Of a DNA stretch of 32,000 nt, positions 16,946 through 24,342 are shown piece by piece. The stretch's first letter is position 1. Each line of letters begins with the position of its first letter. This stretch comes from Pyrodictium abyssi. GTDB taxonomy: Archaea; Thermoproteota; Thermoprotei_A; Sulfolobales; Pyrodictiaceae. The DNA is taken from positions 540,001 through 572,000 of the forward strand of contig NZ_AP028907.1 of the NCBI RefSeq assembly GCF_036323395.1, given 5' to 3'. The notes beneath the pieces were generated by a model. That model ran no database searches. It was given only the letters and a program-made list of their open reading frames with translations, and was not told the origin of the DNA. The position numbers and the translations under genes are program-made.

Positions 16946-17431
16946 TCAGCGGCTGGCTAGGTACTTCTCCCGCATAAGCCTCTGGGCAGACCTAGTGCCC
17001 CTCGTCACCAGCTCTACGAGCTCCTCAGTATCCACTGCAAGGTAGTGGCCACTCTCCAGCCTATTCACGATAAGCGCTTTATCATTAGTCCATATCACGG
17101 CTCCGGGCTCTATAGCTAGGGCTATGAACGGCCAATCATCCGGGTCAAACCTCGAAGCAACAAACCTGGCCTTCTCGATACATACAGCGCATCCTATTCT
17201 GTGAAGCTTCACTCGGGCTGCGAGCACCTCCTCCACTATTGCGAGGAACTGCATGGAATCAATCCCAGCCCTAGAGGCCAGCTCCCTGGCATGCTCCCTT
17301 ACCTCGTCAAGAAGGTACTCTGACGCATAGAACTCAACACCCTCCAATAGGTAGAGGAGCCTACGTACACGCCCCGGGCGTAACGCAGCAGCAAACACCT
17401 TGTTCGCGTCAATTACCACGGCTAAGCTCAC
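16946..17431 (-). CDS. PIN-domain ribonuclease (VapC-like toxin), module 1
   Basis: AVVIDANKVFAAALRP... LLDEVREH ... FDPDDWPFIALAIEPGAVIWTNDKAL gives the conserved acidic positions of PIN domains. It overlaps the upstream small ORF by 23 nt. Confidence 0.8.
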   Translation of the reverse strand: MSLAVVIDANKVFAAALRPGRVRRLLYLLEGVEFYASEYLLDEVREHARELASRAGIDSMQFLAIVEEVLAARVKLHRIGCAVCIEKARFVASRFDPDDWPFIALAIEPGAVIWTNDKALIVNRLESGHYLAVDTEELVELVTRGTRSAQRLMREKYLASR

Positions 17432-17603
17432 GATCCAGTCTCCTCGCGAGAGCCCTCTTCACAACCCTATCCATCTCCATAATCGTATCCTCGTCAACCA
17501 TAACGCCCTCGGAGATGATGTCAAGAACCGCTAGCCTCTCCAGCCTCTCCCGTAGCAGCTCTGCAACAGCTCTCTCAAAGCTTAGCCCGCACAGCCGGAT
17601 CAT
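17409..17603 (-). CDS. Putative antitoxin of PIN module 1
   Basis: 64-aa ORF immediately upstream of and overlapping the PIN gene. Its core (LAVLDIISEGVMVDEDTIMEMDRVVKRALARRL) is similar to the module 2 partner (LLLLEIIAMESKLSMEEAIELAEEVSRRAWERI). Confidence 0.55.
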   Translation of the reverse strand: MIRLCGLSFERAVAELLRERLERLAVLDIISEGVMVDEDTIMEMDRVVKRALARRLDRELSRGN

Positions 17604-17766
17604 ACTCTAAGAGGAGCCTGATATGCCTCGGGACCCGGATAGTAACCTCCTCACTAGCCTCCAGCAGCACCACCCCGCTAACATACCCTAGGGCAAGCTG
17701 CAGCATAAAGTCATTCTATACGCAGAGATGCGGATAGCCTAGGTATTATCGGAGTGTGCGAGACGC

Positions 17767-17774
17767 TAAATATA
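17767..17774 (+). promoter_or_regulatory. TATA-box-like element for the small membrane-protein gene
   Basis: TAAATATA lies about 32-38 nt upstream of the TTG 17806 / ATG 17812 starts. This is consistent with a leaderless or short-leader archaeal transcript. Confidence 0.3.
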
Positions 17775-17805
17775 GCGGGGATGCCTCGAATAGGTTTACT
17801 CGGAG

Positions 17806-18207
17806 TTGTTCATGCCACGTAGCCTAAGCCTCGCTGCGGCTGTAGCATTGAGTGTAAAACGCTTCATGATCCGGCTAGCGCTCGTGCTAAGCATAGCGGG
17901 GGTCACGGCCTGGGGCTCTATCGCTGATGCATGGTGGGAGATAACGCGCTCGATAGGGCTCATAGCACTCATATCAGTGTGGGCGGATCTCTTCATCCGG
18001 GTTCGCCCTTGGGACCATGAGCGTTACATGGACCCCGAGGACTACGGGTTCACACTCATACTATCCCTACTAGGGCTAGCAGCCTATCTAGAAGCCAGTC
18101 CAGATGCATACAACACTATGGAAGTACTTAGAACGTTCACCTTCGTATCCCTCGTAAACCTAGGAATTATAGCCCTAACAGAGAGGCAGTCATCGGACCA
18201 CCAGTAG
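17806..18207 (+). CDS. Small membrane protein (about 4 TM segments), function unknown
   Basis: 133-aa ORF with hydrophobic segments LSLAAAVALSV / LALVLSIAGVTAWG / IGLIALISVWADLFI / FTLILSLLGLAAYL / FTFVSLVNLGIIAL. A TATA-like element lies about 30-40 nt upstream. The start is TTG 17806 or ATG 17812. Confidence 0.55.
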   Translation: MFMPRSLSLAAAVALSVKRFMIRLALVLSIAGVTAWGSIADAWWEITRSIGLIALISVWADLFIRVRPWDHERYMDPEDYGFTLILSLLGLAAYLEASPDAYNTMEVLRTFTFVSLVNLGIIALTERQSSDHQ

Positions 18208-18362
18208 TATCTTACCAGTTCCCTCAGCTCCTGCTACCTACACTCGCTATGAGGCGCACCACTACACCGTGAATTCCGGCTCTATATAGCTTTATGATTG
18301 GTTTACATGTGCCAGGGAGCAGAGCTAGAAATGGTAGAGGCGGTGTACCTGGTCCTTCTCGG

Positions 18363-18902
18363 CTATATGGCCGTTATTGTCCTAGCGTCTATAAATGTAT
18401 GCTGGTGGCAGGCAGTATGTGGGCTTAGGTTTTTTAGGTACTTGTGGCAGAACTCGGGAGGAGTCAGCACCGTGATGCCGTGTACTGCTAGGCGGTTGGC
18501 ATTGTAGTCTCTCTTGTTCCATGTCACTATGACTACCTCTCGGTAGCCGAGCCGCCGTCTAAGGTGTAGAGCCAGGGCCACGTAGATGGCGTCGCCTGGG
18601 TTCTGTACAAGTTCTTCGGCGTCGCTACTGTGTACGGCTAGGTCGTGTGCGTCAACCTCGCGTAACGGGCTTAGAACCTCCTCAAGTGCAGCAGTTACGT
18701 CCTCTACTGGTAGGCTGGCTCTCTGCGCTATGACGCTGACATAGCGGAGTACCTCATCCCGGAGGACGCTAGGGTAGTAAGACGGGTAGAGGCTAGGCGT
18801 GACCGTTAATACGAGGCGGTTGAAGCCTGCAGGCCTCACTAGGGCAGCGAACACGACATTGGCGTCAAAGACTACTGCTGTGTCTCTTTTATCCTTTCCC
18901 AA
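18363..18902 (-). CDS. PIN-domain ribonuclease (VapC-like toxin), module 2
   Basis: AVVFDANVVFAALVRPAGFNRL... LRDEVLRY ... NPGDAIYVALAL ... VVIVTWNKRDY...GITVLTPPEF. It is a paralog of module 1 (shared DAN.VFAAL.RP N-terminus) and overlaps the upstream small ORF by 31 nt. Confidence 0.75.
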   Translation of the reverse strand: MGKDKRDTAVVFDANVVFAALVRPAGFNRLVLTVTPSLYPSYYPSVLRDEVLRYVSVIAQRASLPVEDVTAALEEVLSPLREVDAHDLAVHSSDAEELVQNPGDAIYVALALHLRRRLGYREVVIVTWNKRDYNANRLAVHGITVLTPPEFCHKYLKNLSPHTACHQHTFIDARTITAI

Positions 18903-19105
18903 GCCCTTCTGGACACCTCTTCTGCTAGCTCGATGGCTTCCTCCATGGACAGCTTTGACTCCATTGCTATTATCTCTAGGAGGAGGAGCCGCCTGGCGGC
19001 CTCGGCGAGCTTCTCTGGCTCTACGCCTCGGCGCCTAGCGATCTCGACGACACTACGGGGCAGCGGCACGCTAACGGTTACAACGTGTTGTCCTCTTCTA
19101 GTCAA
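18872..19105 (-). CDS. Putative antitoxin of PIN module 2
   Basis: 77-aa ORF upstream of and overlapping the PIN gene. The N-terminus (HVVTVSVPLPRSVVEIARRRGVEPEKLAEAARRLL) looks like a small DNA-binding or partner domain, and the core resembles the module 1 partner. Confidence 0.55.
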   Translation of the reverse strand: MTRRGQHVVTVSVPLPRSVVEIARRRGVEPEKLAEAARRLLLLEIIAMESKLSMEEAIELAEEVSRRAWERIKETQQ

Positions 19106-19243
19106 AGTGAGCCACCCCTATACGGGCTAGAGGACGGCTCCCTAAATTAGCGTGGGCCTCTGGCTTATACCGGGCTTCTCGGGAGGGCTTGAGGTTATTC
19201 AGAGGCCCTTCGGCTTCCCCTGTGGCGGGGGCTGTCCCGGGCC

Positions 19244-20245
19244 TTGGCTGGTGGTAGGCTGTGTATCGAAGAGAGCCTTGTCACGCTGCTTCAGCCGATC
19301 TACCCCCGGCATACTAACCGGTATGGTACGCTGCATGGTGGGTGGCTTGCTGGCTGGATGCTTGAGGCCGGCGGCATGGCGTCTATGAGGGCTTCGCGGG
19401 GCTACACGGTGCTCGGGGCTATGGACTACCTGTTCATCCTTAGCCCGGGCAGGGTGGGCGAGAACCTCCACGTCTACGCCTGGGTCGTGGGCTCTACCCG
19501 GCGTACACTGGATGTGCTCGTCTACGCGGAGGCGCGGCCCCTGGGCGGGGGCGAGGCGCGGCCGGTGAGCGTGAGCCTCCAGACCTACGTCGCTGTAGAC
19601 GAGGGCGTGAGGCCGCGCGAGCACGGGGTGGAGGTCCAGCCGTGTAGCCTCGAGTCGGAGCCGCTAGTGGAGGTCCACCGGTACTGGCTCGAGGCGCGGA
19701 GGCCGCTGCTGGAGCAGAGGAGGCGGATAGCCGGGTCCACGGCGCCGCTCGACGCCGTGTACCGGAGGACTAGCTACTTCTTCGTCTCGCCGGAGGACAC
19801 TTTCACGATACCCACGGTGATGGATGCCTCCCGGCTCTTCTACCAGATAGACCAGATGGCGGCTGTCCCGGCCATAGAGTTTACGGGCGCGGCTATGGTG
19901 ACGGCTGGCTTCGACGCGGTGGTGTTCGCCTCGCCGGCCAGGGTCGGGGACCTGGTGAAGCTCGAGGCGGGGATAACCGGGGCGGGGAGGAGCAGCGTAG
20001 AGGTAGCGGTCCGTGTGGCTGCGCGCAACCCCCAGGCCGAGGACGTGGAGCGCACCGTGGCGCTGCTCTACGCGACAATGGTCGCGGTCGACGAGGAGGG
20101 CAGGCCCCGGCCGCTCCCACGCCGCCCGGTGCTCAGCGAGGAGAGGCTACGCGGGTACCTGGAGAGGCGCCGGCTCCGCGATGAGAGGCGCCGCGTAGCC
20201 CAGAGGATAGTGGAGCACGCTAGGCTGCTCGCCAGCGGGCGCTGA
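19244..20245 (+). CDS. Acyl-CoA thioesterase with tandem hotdog (4HBT) domains
   Basis: Two hotdog repeats: IYPRHTNRYGTLHGGWLAGWMLEAGGMAS...VGENLHVYAWVV and VSPEDTFTIPTVMDASRLFYQIDQMAAVPA...MVTAGFDAVVFASPARVGDLVKLEAGITGAGRSSVEVAV. The TTG start is uncertain. Confidence 0.75.
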   Translation: MAGGRLCIEESLVTLLQPIYPRHTNRYGTLHGGWLAGWMLEAGGMASMRASRGYTVLGAMDYLFILSPGRVGENLHVYAWVVGSTRRTLDVLVYAEARPLGGGEARPVSVSLQTYVAVDEGVRPREHGVEVQPCSLESEPLVEVHRYWLEARRPLLEQRRRIAGSTAPLDAVYRRTSYFFVSPEDTFTIPTVMDASRLFYQIDQMAAVPAIEFTGAAMVTAGFDAVVFASPARVGDLVKLEAGITGAGRSSVEVAVRVAARNPQAEDVERTVALLYATMVAVDEEGRPRPLPRRPVLSEERLRGYLERRRLRDERRRVAQRIVEHARLLASGR

Positions 20246-20248
20246 GCC

Positions 20249-21196
20249 ATGGCGCTCCAGGCGGTTGTTGTCGGGGGCTGTGGCGCGGTCGGCAGCGTCG
20301 CGGCGGCCGCGCTAGCGCTGGCCGGCGCAGACGCGGCTGTCGTGTCGAGGCGAGCCCGGGGCTGCCGCGCCGAGAGACTCGTAGCCGAGGGCCTGGGCGA
20401 GGCTGTTGTCCGGCTCTGCGGCTGGGACGCGGCACCAGCACTGAAGCCCGACGTGGTGGTCTACGCGACCAAGGCCTACGACCTAGAGGCCGCGGTACAG
20501 GCCTCGCTCGACGCCGGCTGGAGCCCCTCGCTGGCCGTCTCCATGCAGAACGGGCTGGGGAGCCTCGAGCTCCTAGAACAGGCCTACGGCCCGTCGAGGG
20601 CCGCGGCGGCGCTCGCGTTCTACGGGGCCCACAAGCTCCCCGGGGGCTGCGGGAGCCGCCTCGCCGGCCGGAGCCGCCGCGTGGTGGTCGGCTGCCGCCG
20701 GGCCCAGGGCGGGTGCAGTGCCCGGGCGCGGCTGCTGGCCGAGCTGCTCGCTGCTGGGGGCCTCGACGCCGAGCACGTGGCGGACGTGGAGCCGTACCGC
20801 TGGGCTAAGCTCGCGGTCAACGCGGCGGTCAACCCGGTGACGGTGCTCGCCTGGAGCCGGAACCGGGTGGTCGTGGAGAACCCGTGGGCCCGGGAGCTTG
20901 CCTCCATGCTCGCGGCCGAGGTGGGCCGGGTAGCCGGGACCGCGGGGGTGGAGCTGCCGGGTGACCCCGTCGAGGAGGCTCTCCGGGTGGCGGAGGCTAC
21001 GGGGGACAACTGCTCCTCCATGCTCCAGGACCTGGCCGCGGGGAGGCGGACCGAGATAGACTATATCAACGGCGCTGTCTGGAGAACCGGCGAGAGGCAC
21101 GGGGCTCCGGCCCCCGTGAACAGAGCCGTGTACAATGCCGTGAGGCTGCTAGAGCCATGGCTGGCCGGGAGAAGGTCACCGTGCGGCACGTACTGA
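20249..21196 (+). CDS. panE: 2-dehydropantoate 2-reductase (ketopantoate reductase)
   Basis: N-terminal Rossmann motif VVVGGCGAVGS, ATKAYDLEAAV, YRWAKLAVNAAVNPVTVL and SSMLQDLAAGRRTEIDYINGAV are the ApbA/PanE family blocks. The ATG lies 3 nt after the thioesterase stop. Confidence 0.85.
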   Translation: MALQAVVVGGCGAVGSVAAAALALAGADAAVVSRRARGCRAERLVAEGLGEAVVRLCGWDAAPALKPDVVVYATKAYDLEAAVQASLDAGWSPSLAVSMQNGLGSLELLEQAYGPSRAAAALAFYGAHKLPGGCGSRLAGRSRRVVVGCRRAQGGCSARARLLAELLAAGGLDAEHVADVEPYRWAKLAVNAAVNPVTVLAWSRNRVVVENPWARELASMLAAEVGRVAGTAGVELPGDPVEEALRVAEATGDNCSSMLQDLAAGRRTEIDYINGAVWRTGERHGAPAPVNRAVYNAVRLLEPWLAGRRSPCGTY

Positions 21197-22035
21197 AGGC
21201 CAAGAAGCGCGGCGAGAAGCTCGTAATGGTGACGGCCTACGACACGCCAACCGCCCGGCTCGCCGACGAGGCCGGCGTCGACATGATCCTCGTCGGCGAC
21301 TCGCTGGGCATGGTGGTGCTCGGGCTCCCCTCCACCCTCCAGGTCACCATGGAGGACATGGTCCGCCACACGGCCGCGGTGGCCCGGGCCCAGCCCCGAG
21401 CAATGATAGTCGGCGACATGCCGTTCATGAGCTACGAGGCCTCGGTCTCCGAGGCCGTGAGGAACGCCGGAAAGCTACTCGCAGCGGGCGCAGACGCGGT
21501 GAAGATAGAGGGCGGCAGCCTCTACACCGACGTGATAAAGGCGATGCGCCGCGCCGGGATCCCCGTGATGGCACACGTCGGCCTCACGCCGCAGAAGCAC
21601 AAGCTCCTCGGAGGCTACCGCCTAGTAGGCAAGACCGCGGAGGAGGCTCTAGAGGTCATACGCGACGCCGAGGAGGCAGCCGAGGCAGGCGCCTTCGCGG
21701 TGGTAGTCGAGTTCACAGCCTGGGAGGTGGCCAGGGAGATAACCCGGAGAATACCAGTACCCACCATCTGTATCGGCAGCGGCCCCTACTGCGACGGCCA
21801 GGTACTCGTCATCCACGACCTCCTAGGCCTAACCCCCAGCCCACCGCCCTTCGCCAAGCGCTACGCCGACCTAGCATCAATCATCCGCAGCGCAGTCGAG
21901 GCCTACGCACGCGAGGTACGGAGCGGCCAGTTCCCCTCCAGCGAGATGTACTGGGGCATGAAGAGCGGCGAGTACCAGCGCCTCCAGAAGCTACTAGGAA
22001 GCAGCGAGGACACCAAGGAGAGCCAGGACGGGTAA
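21157..22035 (+). CDS. panB: 3-methyl-2-oxobutanoate hydroxymethyltransferase (ketopantoate hydroxymethyltransferase)
   Basis: KLVMVTAYDTPTARLADEAGVDMILVGDSLGMVVLG, DMPFMSY, AVKIEGG and MAHVGLTPQ are classic PanB motifs. It overlaps the panE 3' end by 40 nt. Confidence 0.92.
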   Translation: MAGREKVTVRHVLKAKKRGEKLVMVTAYDTPTARLADEAGVDMILVGDSLGMVVLGLPSTLQVTMEDMVRHTAAVARAQPRAMIVGDMPFMSYEASVSEAVRNAGKLLAAGADAVKIEGGSLYTDVIKAMRRAGIPVMAHVGLTPQKHKLLGGYRLVGKTAEEALEVIRDAEEAAEAGAFAVVVEFTAWEVAREITRRIPVPTICIGSGPYCDGQVLVIHDLLGLTPSPPPFAKRYADLASIIRSAVEAYAREVRSGQFPSSEMYWGMKSGEYQRLQKLLGSSEDTKESQDG

Positions 22036-22148
22036 GCATAGGCCCCCGGGGTCGGCTTCGCTCCCCCTCCACACGGCCCGGGGGCTCGGCGAAGCCAAGC
22101 ACAATCCTCATCCCCCAGGGGCCCTGAGCAGCACCCTGTCAAGCCCAC

Positions 22149-22712
22149 GTGCCGGTCCACACCACCGCCGCCCGGCTGCACTATCAGCATGCTTTCTGCG
22201 CGCTCCGAGACGCCACGTGCTGCCCAGAGCCCCCGGAGGTGGTCCAGGCCATCAGCGACCTAGCCATGGCTATAGACGTTAGCGTGGGCAGCGCCAGGGC
22301 TATAGCCGTGGTCGCAGCCCGCGAGCACATCCTGAAGTCCAGGAGCTTCCAGAGAGCAACCACATGGGTTAAGCACTTCCGCGAACTAGGCTCAGACCGG
22401 AAGAGGACATACCTCGCAGCATTCCCCCGGAGATTCGAGAAAACCAAGACGCTCCTAGAACTCGCAAGAGTCTGCCTCAGCACGCGCTGCGCCCAAGACC
22501 TCGTAGACCGCTACAACCCGGTAGTAGTACTGGTAGACGACAAGCTCTACAACGCCATCAGCCACAGGAGGAAGATCGCCGAGAGCAGGGTAAGAGAGGC
22601 ACACCGGAGAATACTCATAGGCCTAGCTGACAGCCTAGCAAACTACGCCAGGGTGCTCCTAGAGAAGCAGCCGAGAAGGCTCAGAGGAGAGCTGCTGAGA
22701 CTCGAGAAGTAG
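22149..22712 (+). CDS. Hypothetical protein, no family recognised (start probably ATG 22266)
   Basis: The ORF is 187 aa from GTG 22149. The sequence from MAIDVSVGSARAIAVVAAREHIL... to ...NPVVVLVDDKLYNAI...HRRILIGLADSLANYARVLL looks like a real globular protein, whereas the first about 39 aa are Cys/His/Pro-rich and less protein-like. Confidence 0.45.
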   Translation: MPVHTTAARLHYQHAFCALRDATCCPEPPEVVQAISDLAMAIDVSVGSARAIAVVAAREHILKSRSFQRATTWVKHFRELGSDRKRTYLAAFPRRFEKTKTLLELARVCLSTRCAQDLVDRYNPVVVLVDDKLYNAISHRRKIAESRVREAHRRILIGLADSLANYARVLLEKQPRRLRGELLRLEK

Positions 22713-22866
22713 GAAAGCAGGGACGCGCCGCCGCGTCACGGCAAAGCCCCGGGGTCATCCCCCAGCCGGTATCCCGGGGGGCCACTCCGCGGCGGACCCC
22801 GGCCCCGATAAGTGGGGAACGCTATGGCTCTAATTAAGCCTCACCCGCCAAGCCGAGAAGCAGTGA

Positions 22867-23136
22867 TTGAAGGAGGCGGTTCACGACAATCCCCCCGGGG
22901 CCCCTTCACCCCAGGGCTCTACATCCCCATGGAGTCCGGGGCTCGTGCTGGTGGCCGCGTCTGTCCTCGCGCTGTTCCTGGCTGCGGTACCGCTCGCCGC
23001 CTATGCGCAGGCTGCCCGGCTACTCGGGCTACTCGAGCAGCTGCGCCGCGGCCTAGAGGACGGCTCCATACGCCTGGAGGAGGTCTGCGGCCGCCCTCTA
23101 CCAGGCCTCGGTGGCCCAGGGGACGGGTATCTGTAG
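22867..23136 (+). CDS. Small protein with one TM or signal-anchor segment; possibly the N-terminal piece of a disrupted gene
   Basis: GLVLVAASVLALFLAAVPLAAYAQA is followed by a charged helix. TTG start. It is in the same frame as ORF 23284..23571, separated by two TAG codons. Confidence 0.3.
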   Translation: MKEAVHDNPPGAPSPQGSTSPWSPGLVLVAASVLALFLAAVPLAAYAQAARLLGLLEQLRRGLEDGSIRLEEVCGRPLPGLGGPGDGYL

Positions 23137-23283
23137 GCTCTTGGCGCCTCTGACTGTACATGGTCTAGGCTATGGTGCTCCGGTGTTCTTCTGCCTCTCC
23201 GCCGTGCGGTCTGTGCGTAGCCGCTTGAAGCCCAGCCCTACCTCGACGCGTGCATAGTAAATAACGAGGAGTACCCAGTCCGC

Positions 23284-23571
23284 GTGCACGTTGAGGATGC
23301 TAGAATCCTGCGTGGCTCGGATCTGGTAGCCGCGACGGGGATGGGCACCTCGTCCATAACCTTCAACATGCCGGCGAGGGTCCTCCAGCCCGGCGAGAAG
23401 CTATGCGGAGTGATAGCCTTCGGGCTCTGGGATAGCGGCTACATAGAAGGGACGAGTATCAAGCCAGGCACGTACACTGTCGAGGCCGATATACTGGTCG
23501 AGGTGATTGCAGAGGACGGCTACAAGGCGTCCTTCCAGGGGACGGTTAGGGCGAGGTACACTAAAAGATAG
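23284..23571 (+). CDS. Hypothetical beta-rich domain protein; possibly the C-terminal piece of a disrupted gene
   Basis: 95-aa ORF (GTG start). The frame is open upstream to 23221 (PLEAQPYLDACIVNNEEYPVRV...). Alternating hydrophobic pattern (ITFNMPARVLQPGEKLCGVIAFGLW...TYTVEADILVEVIAEDGYKASFQGTVRA). Confidence 0.35.
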   Translation: MHVEDARILRGSDLVAATGMGTSSITFNMPARVLQPGEKLCGVIAFGLWDSGYIEGTSIKPGTYTVEADILVEVIAEDGYKASFQGTVRARYTKR

Positions 23572-23595
23572 AGGCGCCCTGGGGTACGCACCCCT

Positions 23596-24342
23596 TCAGC
23601 CCATTCGCTGCATGTACCGTATCCCGTGCGGGTCGTGCTCCTCTATGACCATCTTCTCCTCGGGTGTCAGCGGCTCCATCTCCTCTACGCTGCGGGGGAC
23701 TCGTATCTCCATCGCGGCGTTCTCTAGGACCTCCTCCACGGTGACGCCTGGGAGCAGCATCCGGAGCACTGGGCCGTCGCGGGTGTACTCTATGAGCGCC
23801 TTGTTCGTGCATAGTAGGTGCCGGTAGCCCTTCTCTACCCTAGGCCTGCCGGGCCCGGTTACGAAGTCGACGCGCTTAACGAGGACCCGTGGCTCGTGGC
23901 GTGCCCAGACTATTATCTTAGGTACCAAGGGGAACAGGTATGCGGTAGCCGCGCCGCCGGGGAGCTTGACCCGTGGCCGATCGTAGCCTCCTATGGCTGT
24001 TAGGTTTGTGTTGCCCTCCTCGTCCACCTGGGCTGCGCCGAAGAACATGGTTGTGAGCTTGCCCTTGGCTGCTAGGTCGAAGGCGTCTATGGTGGTTAGT
24101 ATCCCGACCGGGTCTGGCTCCGTGTAGGGGTCGCCGGTGCTGGGCGCTAGCCGGACCCTCTCGACCCGGGGCTCTAGGTGCTCGATGACGCTTGTCCAGG
24201 TGAAGTCTACCCCGTACACGCGGCGCGCGAGCACCATGGCTAGCACGGGTAGCGGGCTGGTGAGCCCGTGGTAGACCACGTCTCCCTGCTCTATGAGCCT
24301 GGCCATACACTTTATCATGTGGTCTGTGGGCCTCCCTGTCAC
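23596..24342 (-). CDS. CoA-transferase family I, subunit B (glutaconate/3-oxoacid CoA-transferase-like)
   Basis: MIKCMARLIEQGDVVYHGLTSPLPVLA... FFGAAQVDEEGNTNLTAIGGYDRPRVKLPGGAATAYL matches the subunit-B pattern (..G.aQ.D..GN.N...). The GTG start overlaps the subunit A stop (GTGA). Confidence 0.85.
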   Translation of the reverse strand: MTGRPTDHMIKCMARLIEQGDVVYHGLTSPLPVLAMVLARRVYGVDFTWTSVIEHLEPRVERVRLAPSTGDPYTEPDPVGILTTIDAFDLAAKGKLTTMFFGAAQVDEEGNTNLTAIGGYDRPRVKLPGGAATAYLFPLVPKIIVWARHEPRVLVKRVDFVTGPGRPRVEKGYRHLLCTNKALIEYTRDGPVLRMLLPGVTVEEVLENAAMEIRVPRSVEEMEPLTPEEKMVIEEHDPHGIRYMQRMG

